Source: an uncultured archaeon
GTDB lineage: Archaea > Thermoproteota > Nitrososphaeria > JACIWG01
Direction: 5' to 3'
Length of the DNA stretch: 64,000 bases
NCBI GenBank assembly: GCA_938034445.1
Contig: CALHLD010000004.1
Coordinates: forward strand, 64,067-128,066
The position numbers and the translations under genes were made by a program. This document shows positions 38,957 to 48,298 of the stretch, in pieces (the stretch's first letter is position 1; every line of letters starts with the position of its first letter). The notes below the pieces were generated by a model. The model had not been told where the DNA came from, made no database searches, and worked only from the letters and a program-made list of their open reading frames with translations.

Positions 38957-41575
38957 ATGAATCAAAAAAGTAATATAAAAAGGATATTAGCTATTGCTGT
39001 TCTCTTTGCATTCTCATTGACTTTAATAACTACTACGGTCCCATTAACCTTTGCACAAACCAAAACCGGTCCAGCATCTGATGCAATAATCTTTAAACGA
39101 GTTCCACTCGATGTCGTGCCAAAAGCCTTGGAAACTGGTGACATAGACTACTACATATTTGGTCTAAGACCATCACAGGCTATAGCCTTAAGAACCACTC
39201 CTGGAATCGACATCTACTACGCACCCGCAGGTTTAGTGGATATAATACTTAATCCAGCACCGTATCCTGATGGCAAATTAAACCCTCTATCATTAAGGGA
39301 AGTTCGTTTTGCACTAAACTATATAATGAACAGAGATTATGTTGTAAACGAAATATATAAGGGCTTTGCTTCTCCAATGGTAACGTTCCTATCTTCATAT
39401 GATCCTGACTTTGTGACAATATACGATATAATTGCAAAATACGAGTTTGGCTATAACATAGAATTGGCTGATAAGTTGGTAACAGCCGCATTGACAAAGG
39501 CTGGCGCCACGAAGGTTGAAGGTAAATGGACATATAAGGGTCAACCATTATCATTTAACTTTATCATAAGAATCGAAGACGAAAGAAGAGAAATAGGCGA
39601 CTCCTTTGCGTCAGATCTAGAAAGATTAGGTTTTACAGTAAACAGAATGTACATGCCATTCGCGCAAGCTATAGACATAATATATGGCACTGACCCACTA
39701 GAGCATCAATGGGACCTCTATACTGAAGGTTGGGGTAAAAGTGCACCAGACAAATTCGACTATGCAACAATAAACCAGTTTGGAGCTCCTTGGCTCGGTT
39801 GGATGCCCGGTTGGGCTGAACCAACCTTCTGGAACTATGAAAATAGTACAATAGATGCTTTGGGCCAAAAGATTTACAATGGACAGTTTAAGAGTAAGGC
39901 TGAAAGAGACCAACTCTATAGGAAGGCTACTGAAATGATAATTCAAGAATCTATAAGAATTTGGGCTGCTACTAGACTCGACATACAACCAGCAAAATCT
40001 TATGTATCTGGGCTAACAAATGACTTAGGCACCGGTCTAAGGTCTCCCTTAACCACAAGAGAAGTCTATATTTCAGGAAAACCAACAGTAACTGTAGGCC
40101 ACCTTTGGGTCCATACAGCTACATCGGTATGGAATCCGTTTGGAGGTCATACAGATGTATATAGCGTTGACATTTGGAGAAATGTGTATGATCCGCTTGT
40201 CTGGAACCATCCATTCTCTGGACAACCAATGCCATTCCGTACACCCTATAATGTGAAAACAGCCGGCCCAGAGGGCAAACTTGATGTACCTTCTGACGCA
40301 TTTTTATGGGATTCACAATCACAAAGTTGGAAGCTTGTCGGCTCAGGTGTAAAAGCGACTTCATTTGTGGCCTTCGATTTCTCAAAATATATTGGTAGTA
40401 AATGGCATGATGGAACAACTATAACATGGGCTGACGTCCTTTGGGGCATATACAGTTGGTTTGATCTAGTATATAATCCGAGCAAAGCTTCACTTGAAGG
40501 TACACTTGCTTCACAGTATAAAGATGTTTTCGCTCTCTTCAAAGGCTTTAGGATCGTTGGAAACAATCTAGAAGTGTATATAGATTATTGGCATTTTGAT
40601 CCCAACTATATTGCATCCTTCGCGGCTCCACCACAGATACACTATCCATGGGTTGTTGGCGCTGCAATGGATGACGTTGTATTAAACAAGAAGACTGCAG
40701 CATATTCCCAGGCTGCTTCAAGAGCAAGAAATGTACCATGGCTTTCTATGGTTCTTAAGGAGCATGCTACAATGGTGGCTACCTCCCTATCATCATTTAA
40801 AGCCTCTGGCTTCTTCCCATCTAATGTGTTCACAATAGCCGGTAAATCCTATGCTACATCAACCGAAGCTGCTGCAAGAATTGATTCAGCACTTAATTGG
40901 TTTAATACTTATAGCCATCTCGTTATAAGCGACGGCCCATTCTACTTGTACAAGTATGATCCTGCTGCACAGTATGCGGAAATAAGAGCCTTCAGGGATC
41001 CAACTTACCCATTTAGTCCAGGCAAATGGTACTATGGTAAGCCTGAAACACCACAAATTAAAAGTGCAAGTGTGCCAACAGTGCTTCAAGGTCAAGTAGC
41101 AAAATTTGAAGTCGAATTACAGGGGCCGACTCCATTAGGTCTCATATATTTGATAAAAGATACAAGAACGGGTGCAATAATGGGATCGGGTTCTGGTACT
41201 GCAGTTTCACCAACAAAGTTCTCCATAGAATTATCTCCAGACTTTACTAGTAAACTATCTGTTGGAGTTTACGAATTAACTATTGCTGGCTACAGTGAAC
41301 AGGTTGCATTTGTTTCATCTGAAAAAAGATACTTTGATGTCATGAAACCTGTTCCACCAATAACTATAACAACACCTACAATACCACCTACAGGTACTAT
41401 AACAACATCAACTATAACTGCTTCTCCAACAATATCGACAACGGTAGCGCCAACCCTAACGTTTACAACAACAGTACCAAGCGGCATCGAAACCGCCTAC
41501 ATTGGTATTGGTGTTGGTCTAGTAATAGGCGTTATAGTGCTAGCTGTTGTACTCATGAAAAGGAAAAAGGCATAA
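38957..41575 (+). CDS. dppA: ABC transporter substrate-binding protein (family 5, peptide/oligosaccharide) with an archaeal-type C-terminal Thr/Pro-rich linker and a TM anchor
   Basis: 872 aa with an N-terminal signal peptide and an SBP_bac_5-like core. The C-terminus has TITTPTIPPTGTITTSTITASPTISTT followed by a TM helix and KRKKA. Confidence 0.8.
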   Translation: MNQKSNIKRILAIAVLFAFSLTLITTTVPLTFAQTKTGPASDAIIFKRVPLDVVPKALETGDIDYYIFGLRPSQAIALRTTPGIDIYYAPAGLVDIILNPAPYPDGKLNPLSLREVRFALNYIMNRDYVVNEIYKGFASPMVTFLSSYDPDFVTIYDIIAKYEFGYNIELADKLVTAALTKAGATKVEGKWTYKGQPLSFNFIIRIEDERREIGDSFASDLERLGFTVNRMYMPFAQAIDIIYGTDPLEHQWDLYTEGWGKSAPDKFDYATINQFGAPWLGWMPGWAEPTFWNYENSTIDALGQKIYNGQFKSKAERDQLYRKATEMIIQESIRIWAATRLDIQPAKSYVSGLTNDLGTGLRSPLTTREVYISGKPTVTVGHLWVHTATSVWNPFGGHTDVYSVDIWRNVYDPLVWNHPFSGQPMPFRTPYNVKTAGPEGKLDVPSDAFLWDSQSQSWKLVGSGVKATSFVAFDFSKYIGSKWHDGTTITWADVLWGIYSWFDLVYNPSKASLEGTLASQYKDVFALFKGFRIVGNNLEVYIDYWHFDPNYIASFAAPPQIHYPWVVGAAMDDVVLNKKTAAYSQAASRARNVPWLSMVLKEHATMVATSLSSFKASGFFPSNVFTIAGKSYATSTEAAARIDSALNWFNTYSHLVISDGPFYLYKYDPAAQYAEIRAFRDPTYPFSPGKWYYGKPETPQIKSASVPTVLQGQVAKFEVELQGPTPLGLIYLIKDTRTGAIMGSGSGTAVSPTKFSIELSPDFTSKLSVGVYELTIAGYSEQVAFVSSEKRYFDVMKPVPPITITTPTIPPTGTITTSTITASPTISTTVAPTLTFTTTVPSGIETAYIGIGVGLVIGVIVLAVVLMKRKKA
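41338..41500 (+). repeat. low-complexity ACA/ACT-rich tract encoding the Thr/Pro-rich linker of the binding protein
   Basis: Seen in sequence: a run of ACn/CCn codons. Confidence 0.5.
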
Positions 41576-41611
41576 GCCTTCTCCCCTATTTTTATTTTTA
41601 AATTAAATATT

Positions 41612-42283
41612 ATGAATTACCAAATACTGTTAAAAATTGTACCTTATTTCAAATATAAATTCTTAGACATAGATAAGATTGTTAATGAATCTAAATTAAG
41701 TAGGAGTATTATTTTAGAAGCTCTTAATCCGCTGATTGAAGAGAGATATATCACTGTTTCTGGTGGCACCTTATGTTTCAGAGAAGGTTCCATCATCATG
41801 GCTTCAATATTGGCCCTTAAATTTGGTGCATCCTTAGAAGAAGTCTGTAAAGTTGTTAGTTGGCAGGATTTTGAAAATTTTGTTGAAAAAATATTGATAG
41901 AATACGGGTATAGAACTTTTAGAAGCTTTAGATTAAAAGGGCCCAAATTAGAAGTTGATATTTTGGCGTTAAAAGCTGATTTTGCTCTTGTTATCGATTG
42001 CAAACAGTGGCGTAGACCTCTTTCGTCATCGGCATTAAATTCTATTGTCATAAAGCAGGTTGAGCGTGCAAAAATTATTTTATCAAAAGAGAAAGTCTTG
42101 TTACAAAATATGTTTTTAATTCCAATTATAGTAACATTGTATCCCTCGCCTATAAAGTTCGTAAATGGTGTTCCAATTGTTCCTGTTGAAATGTTCAAGT
42201 CTTTTGTTAGCGAAGTAGATGGCCGTCTGTCAGAGTTTCTTAAAGTATATTTTAAGGACAATAAAATCTTTACTATAATATGA
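41612..42283 (+). CDS. fusion of an N-terminal winged helix to an Hjc/Mrr-like PD-(D/E)xK nuclease domain
   Basis: The segment EKILIEYGYRTFRSFRLKGPKLEVDILALKADFALVIDCKQW parallels the archaeal Hjc core (ERELxxLLxxxGFxVVRSAGS...VDLVA...IEVK). An HTH-like N-terminal 100 aa precedes it. 223 aa. Confidence 0.5.
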   Translation: MNYQILLKIVPYFKYKFLDIDKIVNESKLSRSIILEALNPLIEERYITVSGGTLCFREGSIIMASILALKFGASLEEVCKVVSWQDFENFVEKILIEYGYRTFRSFRLKGPKLEVDILALKADFALVIDCKQWRRPLSSSALNSIVIKQVERAKIILSKEKVLLQNMFLIPIIVTLYPSPIKFVNGVPIVPVEMFKSFVSEVDGRLSEFLKVYFKDNKIFTII

Positions 42284-42306
42284 TGCAATAGTTTATTTAT
42301 CTTGTA

Positions 42307-42981
42307 TTGTCTAGCTGTTTGGAAGATATGATTAGGGCTATAATATTTGATTTAGATGGTACACTAATTGAATTTAAGCTTGATGTTCAATCTTCAAAAA
42401 GTGAAGTTATAAATGTTATTAGAGAAATTGTGCCAAACGTAAATGGTTTGAATGCAAATCAATCATATTATCATATGCTTGAAAGAGTTAGGTGTATAGT
42501 TGATGAAAAAAGATTTGAACATGTAAAGTTAGAAGTTTATAAAATTTTGGAAAAGTTTGAGGATAAGGCTGTTCAAGAAACTTCATTGAAAAATGGTGTT
42601 AGGGAAGCTTTAATGGAGTTAAAGGATTTGGGTAAAAAGATTGCACTTTTAACAAACAGTGGGAGAAATGCTACATTAAAGGCTTTAAAAAAATTTAATA
42701 TAATAAACTTTTTCGATGTGATTCTCTCCAGAGATGATGTCCAATTTTTGAAACCTTCAACTTTAGGCTTCCAAAAAATACTTGCTCTCCTAAACTTAGA
42801 TGTAAGTGAATGTATTTCTGTGGGAGATGGTTTAATTGACATTATCCCTTCGAAGGCTTTAGGCATAAAGTTTGTAGCCGTACTTGGAGGATACAATCCT
42901 ATAGAAAGGATTCTTGAACATAAGCCAGATTTTATAATAAGCTCTCTTTTAGAACTTCCCCCTATCATTAAAGGACTGTAA
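42307..42981 (+). CDS. HAD-superfamily hydrolase (phosphatase, subfamily IA-like)
   Basis: Motif I IIFDLDGTL, motif II LLTNSG, a conserved K and motif IV GDGLIDI. Confidence 0.8.
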   Translation: MSSCLEDMIRAIIFDLDGTLIEFKLDVQSSKSEVINVIREIVPNVNGLNANQSYYHMLERVRCIVDEKRFEHVKLEVYKILEKFEDKAVQETSLKNGVREALMELKDLGKKIALLTNSGRNATLKALKKFNIINFFDVILSRDDVQFLKPSTLGFQKILALLNLDVSECISVGDGLIDIIPSKALGIKFVAVLGGYNPIERILEHKPDFIISSLLELPPIIKGL

Positions 42982-43053
42982 AGTTTTATTTTTTTAACCT
43001 ATTTTTAGCAATATTTATAAATTTACTTTTATTAAGGCTTGTTGCGATAATTT

Positions 43054-44292
43054 ATGAACCCGTATGAGATGGCTCTAGTACAGCTTAGGACTGCTGCCAG
43101 CTACCTAAACCTTGACGATTCTATTGTAGAAATTTTAAGTAGGCCGAAGAGAGAGCTGCAGGTTTCTTTTCCAGTGAGAATGGATGATGGTAAAATAAAG
43201 GTTTTCACAGGATATCGTGTACAGCATAATGATTCAAGAGGGCCATTTAAGGGCGGTATAAGATACCATCCTCTTGTTGACATTAATGAAGTTCGCGCTC
43301 TAGCGATGTGGATGACTTGGAAGACTGCAGTACTAAATATACCCTATGGTGGTGCTAAAGGTGGTGTAGCATGCAATCCCAAAGAAATGTCTAAGTCTGA
43401 GCTTGAGAGACTTACAAGAAAGTATACTATGATGATTTCTCCAATAATAGGACCATATACAGATATACCCGCTCCAGACGTTTACACGGACTCCCAGACA
43501 ATGGCATGGATAATGGACACGTACAGCCAGCTTGTAGGCTATCGTGTGCCAGCTGTGGTAACGGGGAAACCTATTTCTCTTGGAGGCTCGGCTGGTAGAT
43601 CGACTGCAACATCTAGAAGTGTGATTGTAGCAGCTAAAGAAGCTACTAAAACTTTTAAAAAGAAAATTGAAGATCTTAGAATAGTTATACAAGGCTTCGG
43701 TAATGTTGGTGCAAATGCAGCAATTTTGGCTAAAGAGTTCGGTGCAAAGGTCATAGCAGTAAGCGATTCAAAGGGTGGAATATATGATGAAAAGGGTCTT
43801 GATGTACTTGAAGTTTTGAAACATAAGGAACGAACTGGATCAGTAGTAAACTTTACTGGTGCAAAAAATGTTACAAACGAGGAACTTTTGGAATTGCCAT
43901 GTGATGTACTAATACCAGCCGCCCTAGAGGGACAAATTCATAAGGATAATGCAAAAAATATTCAGGCAAAAATGGTTGTTGAAGGCGCTAACGGTCCAAC
44001 AACACCTGAAGCTGACAAAATACTATTTGATAGAGAGGTTATGGTTGTTCCAGACATTCTTGCAAACAGTGGTGGGGTGCTTGTTAGCTATTTTGAATGG
44101 GTTCAGAATCTTACCAACCTATATTGGACTGAAAATGAAGTTAACGAAAAGCTAGACAATAAGATAAGGGAAGCTTTCCTGCAAGTCTACGATATTGCTA
44201 AAAAAAGATCTGTGGACTTGAGGACGGCTGCACTAATACTTGGCATCGGTAGAGTTGTTGAAGCGATGACTACTGCAGGGTACTTTCCATAA
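43054..44292 (+). CDS. gdhA: glutamate dehydrogenase
   Basis: GGAKGG catalytic-Lys motif and the QGFGNVG dinucleotide-binding motif, 412 aa. Confidence 0.95.
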   Translation: MNPYEMALVQLRTAASYLNLDDSIVEILSRPKRELQVSFPVRMDDGKIKVFTGYRVQHNDSRGPFKGGIRYHPLVDINEVRALAMWMTWKTAVLNIPYGGAKGGVACNPKEMSKSELERLTRKYTMMISPIIGPYTDIPAPDVYTDSQTMAWIMDTYSQLVGYRVPAVVTGKPISLGGSAGRSTATSRSVIVAAKEATKTFKKKIEDLRIVIQGFGNVGANAAILAKEFGAKVIAVSDSKGGIYDEKGLDVLEVLKHKERTGSVVNFTGAKNVTNEELLELPCDVLIPAALEGQIHKDNAKNIQAKMVVEGANGPTTPEADKILFDREVMVVPDILANSGGVLVSYFEWVQNLTNLYWTENEVNEKLDNKIREAFLQVYDIAKKRSVDLRTAALILGIGRVVEAMTTAGYFP

Positions 44293-44335
44293 AAAATTAA
44301 ATCTTATATACTTTAAAAACTCATTTGTATAGTTT

Positions 44336-45184
44336 ATGTGGCTTATAGGCGCGCATGTTTCAATTGCTGGAGAAATAAGTCAGTCATTCGATAGGGCGAA
44401 GGCTCTAAACTGTACTACCTTCCAAATTTTTACAAGGAATCCTAGGGGATGGGCTTCTAAAAAGCTTGAGGAAAATGAGATAGCCAATTTCCATAGGAAA
44501 TTGGATGAGACAGGCCTTTTTCCAGTAGCACACATGCCGTATCTTCCGAATCTCGCCTCCCCTAATAAGGAAATATATGATAAGTCCATAAAAATTCTTT
44601 CTGAAGAACTTACGAAATGTTATCGTCTAAAAATACCGTATCTTGTTACACACCTCGGCAGCCACATGGGCACAAGTGAAGAAGATGGTGTAAGGAGAGT
44701 TGCTGAAGCATGTAATATTGCTATAAAAGATTCAGAAGGGAAAGTTGCACTATTACTTGAAAATACTGCTGGGCAAAAAAATAGTGTTGGCCACACCCTA
44801 AACCATCTAAGAAAATGTCTCGATTTAATTGATGACCAGTCAAGGGTCGGAGTATGCTTTGACACATGCCATGGTTTTGCTGCCGGATACGATATCCGCA
44901 CACGTAATGCGGTAGAGCGTTTTCTAAAAGACTTTGATGATATAATAGGTATTGAAAGATTAAAGGTTATCCATTTAAACGATTCAAAGGGTGACCTAAA
45001 CAGTCATCTTGACAGGCATGAGCATATTGGAAGGGGTAAGATTGGTTTAAACGGATTTAAGGCACTACTGTCCTTTAAAGAAGTGCAGAAACTTCCCCTA
45101 ATCATTGAAACCCCATACGATTCCGAAAAAGATTACTTGCAGGACATTTTAACCCTCTGGTCTATAGCTAGGGGACAAATTTAA
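44336..45184 (+). CDS. nfo: endonuclease IV (AP endonuclease, TIM-barrel)
   Basis: THLGSH, LLENTAGQKN, VCFDTCHGFAAGYD and HLNDSK metal-ligand motifs. Confidence 0.9.
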   Translation: MWLIGAHVSIAGEISQSFDRAKALNCTTFQIFTRNPRGWASKKLEENEIANFHRKLDETGLFPVAHMPYLPNLASPNKEIYDKSIKILSEELTKCYRLKIPYLVTHLGSHMGTSEEDGVRRVAEACNIAIKDSEGKVALLLENTAGQKNSVGHTLNHLRKCLDLIDDQSRVGVCFDTCHGFAAGYDIRTRNAVERFLKDFDDIIGIERLKVIHLNDSKGDLNSHLDRHEHIGRGKIGLNGFKALLSFKEVQKLPLIIETPYDSEKDYLQDILTLWSIARGQI

Positions 45185-45196
45185 AAGTGACACATA

Positions 45197-46504
45197 TTGT
45201 CTGATAAAAAGGCGCCATTCTCACGCTGGGCTTTCCTAAAAAATCCTATAATTAGTGTACTAATTTTTTCGAATGGAATAACTATGCTCGGATTTGGGCA
45301 AATATTGCCAATTATACCTATCCTAATGTACGATTACCTTCATGCTTCAGAAATAGAAATAGGTTTGACGATAAGCTCTTTTGCAATAACAAGAATATTA
45401 TCGCAGGGTCCAATTGGCACACTTTCTGATAAATATGGTCGCAAACCATTTATTACAGTCTCACTCTTAGGCTACAGTATAGTCTCATTTCTTTACATAT
45501 TTGCCTTTCAAACATGGCACATTCTTGCTATAAGAGCTGTCCAAGGCTTTTTTTCTGGCGCACTGTGGCCTGTTTCTGATGCAATGGTAATGGACATTTG
45601 TGACCCAAAACATAGGGGTAAAGTTATTTCAACAATACAGATAGCCTATAATGCTGGATGGTTTGCTGGACCATTTTTAGGCGGCGTTATCGCTGACTTA
45701 TATGGTATTGATGCCACTTTCGGTTTTAGTGCTGGACTATCATTTACAGCATTTATTATAGCCTTGCTCTTTTTAAGAGAAACGATGAAGGTAAAAAGGG
45801 TTTCATCTGTTAAAGAAGTTTCCATTATTAGCAGTCTAAGGAACAATTTTGAAAAATCTTTTCAAGCTTTAGGAAAGTTTCCAGCATTAAAAAATCTTGC
45901 AATATCAGCGTTTGTACTCCAAACTTCCCTTTCTTTATTACAAGGTTATACTCCTATATTCATATCTGATGTATTAAACGGAACCGAATTAGATATAGGT
46001 CTTATAGTAGGTGTTGGAGGTGTTCTCGGGCTTATAACACAATTTTTTGTAGGCTCCTTAGGCGATAGATACGGTAAATGGCTTATCTTAGAAGTTGGCG
46101 TATTTATTGCAGCCACCCTTTCCCCCACACTACTCCTAATACAGAATCTTTTACAAGCATACATTATTTTACCGATTGTAATGTGCTGTAACATGATATC
46201 CTCTCCAATGCTTACCGCACTTGTTGGCGATGCCGTACCATCAGATGAAAGAGGTACAGGGTATGGTGCATACGGGGTAGTTAGAGACTTTTCACTAATA
46301 ATAGGCTCACCTCTAGGAGGGTTTATCCTTGAACTTTCAAGAAAATTTTTTGGAGCAAGTCTACTACAAAGTCTAAGAATTCTTTTCATTTTTAGAAGTC
46401 TTATGCTTTTTCTAACTTTATTCGTAACCCTATACTATATGCGAAGTTTTAAAGAAGTTGACACAATAATATGGGTGAGGTCAAAGGTTCCTCCGCCAGA
46501 GTAG
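45197..46504 (+). CDS. MFS transporter
   Basis: 12 TM, with an MFS signature-like loop GTLSDKYGRK between TM2 and TM3. Confidence 0.8.
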   Translation: MSDKKAPFSRWAFLKNPIISVLIFSNGITMLGFGQILPIIPILMYDYLHASEIEIGLTISSFAITRILSQGPIGTLSDKYGRKPFITVSLLGYSIVSFLYIFAFQTWHILAIRAVQGFFSGALWPVSDAMVMDICDPKHRGKVISTIQIAYNAGWFAGPFLGGVIADLYGIDATFGFSAGLSFTAFIIALLFLRETMKVKRVSSVKEVSIISSLRNNFEKSFQALGKFPALKNLAISAFVLQTSLSLLQGYTPIFISDVLNGTELDIGLIVGVGGVLGLITQFFVGSLGDRYGKWLILEVGVFIAATLSPTLLLIQNLLQAYIILPIVMCCNMISSPMLTALVGDAVPSDERGTGYGAYGVVRDFSLIIGSPLGGFILELSRKFFGASLLQSLRILFIFRSLMLFLTLFVTLYYMRSFKEVDTIIWVRSKVPPPE

Positions 46505-46565
46505 GCGTCTCAGTCAAATGCCTTTAGGTCATAAATGTTCAGTAACTCTGATTCCTCATCGACGC
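46503..46565 (-). ncRNA. candidate C/D-box sRNA encoded antisense at the 3' end of the MFS gene
   Basis: Minus-strand 63-mer GGCGUC-GAUGAGG-(12 nt)-CUGA-ACAUU-UAUGACC-(about 13 nt)-CUGA-GACGCC. The terminal 6-bp stem GGCGUC/GACGCC flanks a box C-like GAUGA, D' CUGA, a weak C' AUGAC and box D CUGA at canonical spacings. Confidence 0.3.
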
Positions 46566-46636
46566 CATACACTACTTTACATGCTACCTTATAAAAAGTT
46601 TTTAAGGAACTATAAAATGTACATTTTTGACTAAGT

Positions 46637-47149
46637 GTGCTTCAAGTAGATATTTTTGCACTGCTCATATGGAGCATTATTGTAGTATGTATTATGTCGG
46701 CTGTTATTATAACATACAATATTGTCAAAAGAATACTTGAATTGTCTGTAAGAAAGCCTCAGCCTCCCCCTATGCAGGAGAGAAAAGAATTTTTTATTTC
46801 AATAGATATAGGTGAAGCGGTTTCATTTTACAATCAAGCTCAAAGCTACTTCGAGCAAGGTGAGTATAAGAATGTTATACAATATTGTTATAATGCGATA
46901 AAAAACATATTCACCAAGGTCCTACTTCACCTCAATATTCCCTCAGAAGATCTTAACATTGTAGACATGTCGTACATAATACAGGCTAAAGGTGTGAGAG
47001 TTTCCTTTATGGAATATGTTCAGCATTTGAACTTTATTAGGTTAAAGATGATTGTCGGCCAAATAGTTTCTAAAGATGAAGTTTTATGGGCTCTTAAAGC
47101 ATGTAAAGCGCTTATTGATATGTCGAAGGATCTTCCAGTAACAATATAG
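46637..47149 (+). CDS. hypothetical protein with an N-terminal TM anchor and an alpha-helical (TPR/HEPN-like) cytoplasmic domain
   Basis: TM at residues 5-27, then a helical segment FYNQAQSYFEQGEYKNVIQYCYNAIKNI. No definitive motif. Confidence 0.35.
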   Translation: MLQVDIFALLIWSIIVVCIMSAVIITYNIVKRILELSVRKPQPPPMQERKEFFISIDIGEAVSFYNQAQSYFEQGEYKNVIQYCYNAIKNIFTKVLLHLNIPSEDLNIVDMSYIIQAKGVRVSFMEYVQHLNFIRLKMIVGQIVSKDEVLWALKACKALIDMSKDLPVTI

Positions 47150-47213
47150 CATTTTAAATCATAGTTTTTTTAAAATAAAACATTATTAACCGCTAAAATT
47201 AAATCAAATATGG

Positions 47214-48281
47214 TTGAGACAGTTGGACTCCGAAGAATTTGTTGACTTGAGAAGTGATACAGTAACTTTACCGACAGATGAAATGTTAGAAGCGATAAGG
47301 CGTGCAAAGTTGGGTGATGATGTTTTTGGAGAGGATCCTACTGTTAAAAAGCTGGAGGAGATGGCTGCCGAAAAGATGGGTAAAGATGCCGCCCTTCTTG
47401 TCACAAGTGGCACACAGGCAAATCTTGTATCATTGCTTAGTAATACTAAACGTGGTGATAGTATAATCTTGGAGGCTGAATCACATATATACTATTATGA
47501 AGTTGGTGGCTTATCATTTATTGCAGGTCTCCTTCCAATACTTGTTAGGGGAAAGAATGGTTACATGGATCCTGTGGACTTGGAGGCTGTATTAAGACCT
47601 AAAGATATCCATTATCCAGAAGTTACACTAATATGCATTGAGAATACTCATAATAGGGCTGGAGGTACGATTATAAGGCCGGAACAGATAAAGGCCATAT
47701 ACGATTTCGCTAAAGCTCACAATCTGAAATTGTATATGGATGGAGCGAGAATATTTAATGCGGCCGTAGCATTAAAAACTGATGTAAAAAATTTCACTAA
47801 GAATGTCGACAATCTGATGTTCTGTCTTTCTAAGGGGCTAAGTTGTCCAATAGGTTCTATTGTAGTAGGCGACTATGATTTTATAGAGCGGGCTAGAAAG
47901 TTTAGAAAGATGCTTGGTGGTGGCATGAGACAGGCTGGCATTATTGCGGCACCAGGAATTATTGCATTAGAAAAGATGATAGATAGGCTTGAAGAGGATC
48001 ATAGGAATGCGCGTATGCTTGCAGAAGCTTTATCTAAGATAGACGGCATATCTATTGACCTTTCAACTGTTCAAACTAATATTGTAATGTTTGATGTGAA
48101 TGGTTTAGGAATCTCTGCCCCCCATTTTGTTGAACTGTTGAAAAATAAGAAAATTCTTTGCCTACCCTTTAGTGATAGGAAGGTTAGGATGGTAACACAT
48201 AGGGGTATTGATAGAGTTCATATTGAAAAGACTATTTCAGTAATAGAAGAGTTAGCTGATCAAATTCATAAAAAGTGGTAG
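47214..48281 (+). CDS. ltaE: low-specificity L-threonine aldolase (PLP-dependent, beta-eliminating lyase family). TTG start.
   Basis: LRSDTVTLPTDEM and GTQANL N-terminal motifs, with a Lys-containing LSKGLSCPIGS segment, 355 aa. Confidence 0.75.
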   Translation: MRQLDSEEFVDLRSDTVTLPTDEMLEAIRRAKLGDDVFGEDPTVKKLEEMAAEKMGKDAALLVTSGTQANLVSLLSNTKRGDSIILEAESHIYYYEVGGLSFIAGLLPILVRGKNGYMDPVDLEAVLRPKDIHYPEVTLICIENTHNRAGGTIIRPEQIKAIYDFAKAHNLKLYMDGARIFNAAVALKTDVKNFTKNVDNLMFCLSKGLSCPIGSIVVGDYDFIERARKFRKMLGGGMRQAGIIAAPGIIALEKMIDRLEEDHRNARMLAEALSKIDGISIDLSTVQTNIVMFDVNGLGISAPHFVELLKNKKILCLPFSDRKVRMVTHRGIDRVHIEKTISVIEELADQIHKKW

Positions 48282-48298
48282 AAGGAGGCATATAGAAG

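Noticed and set aside
41644-42288. A 214-aa minus-strand ORF fully overlapping the wHTH-nuclease gene
   Set aside because: Its translation is S/T/N/K-rich low complexity, as expected for the antisense of an AT-rich coding region. The plus-strand ORF carries the recognisable Hjc-like motif.
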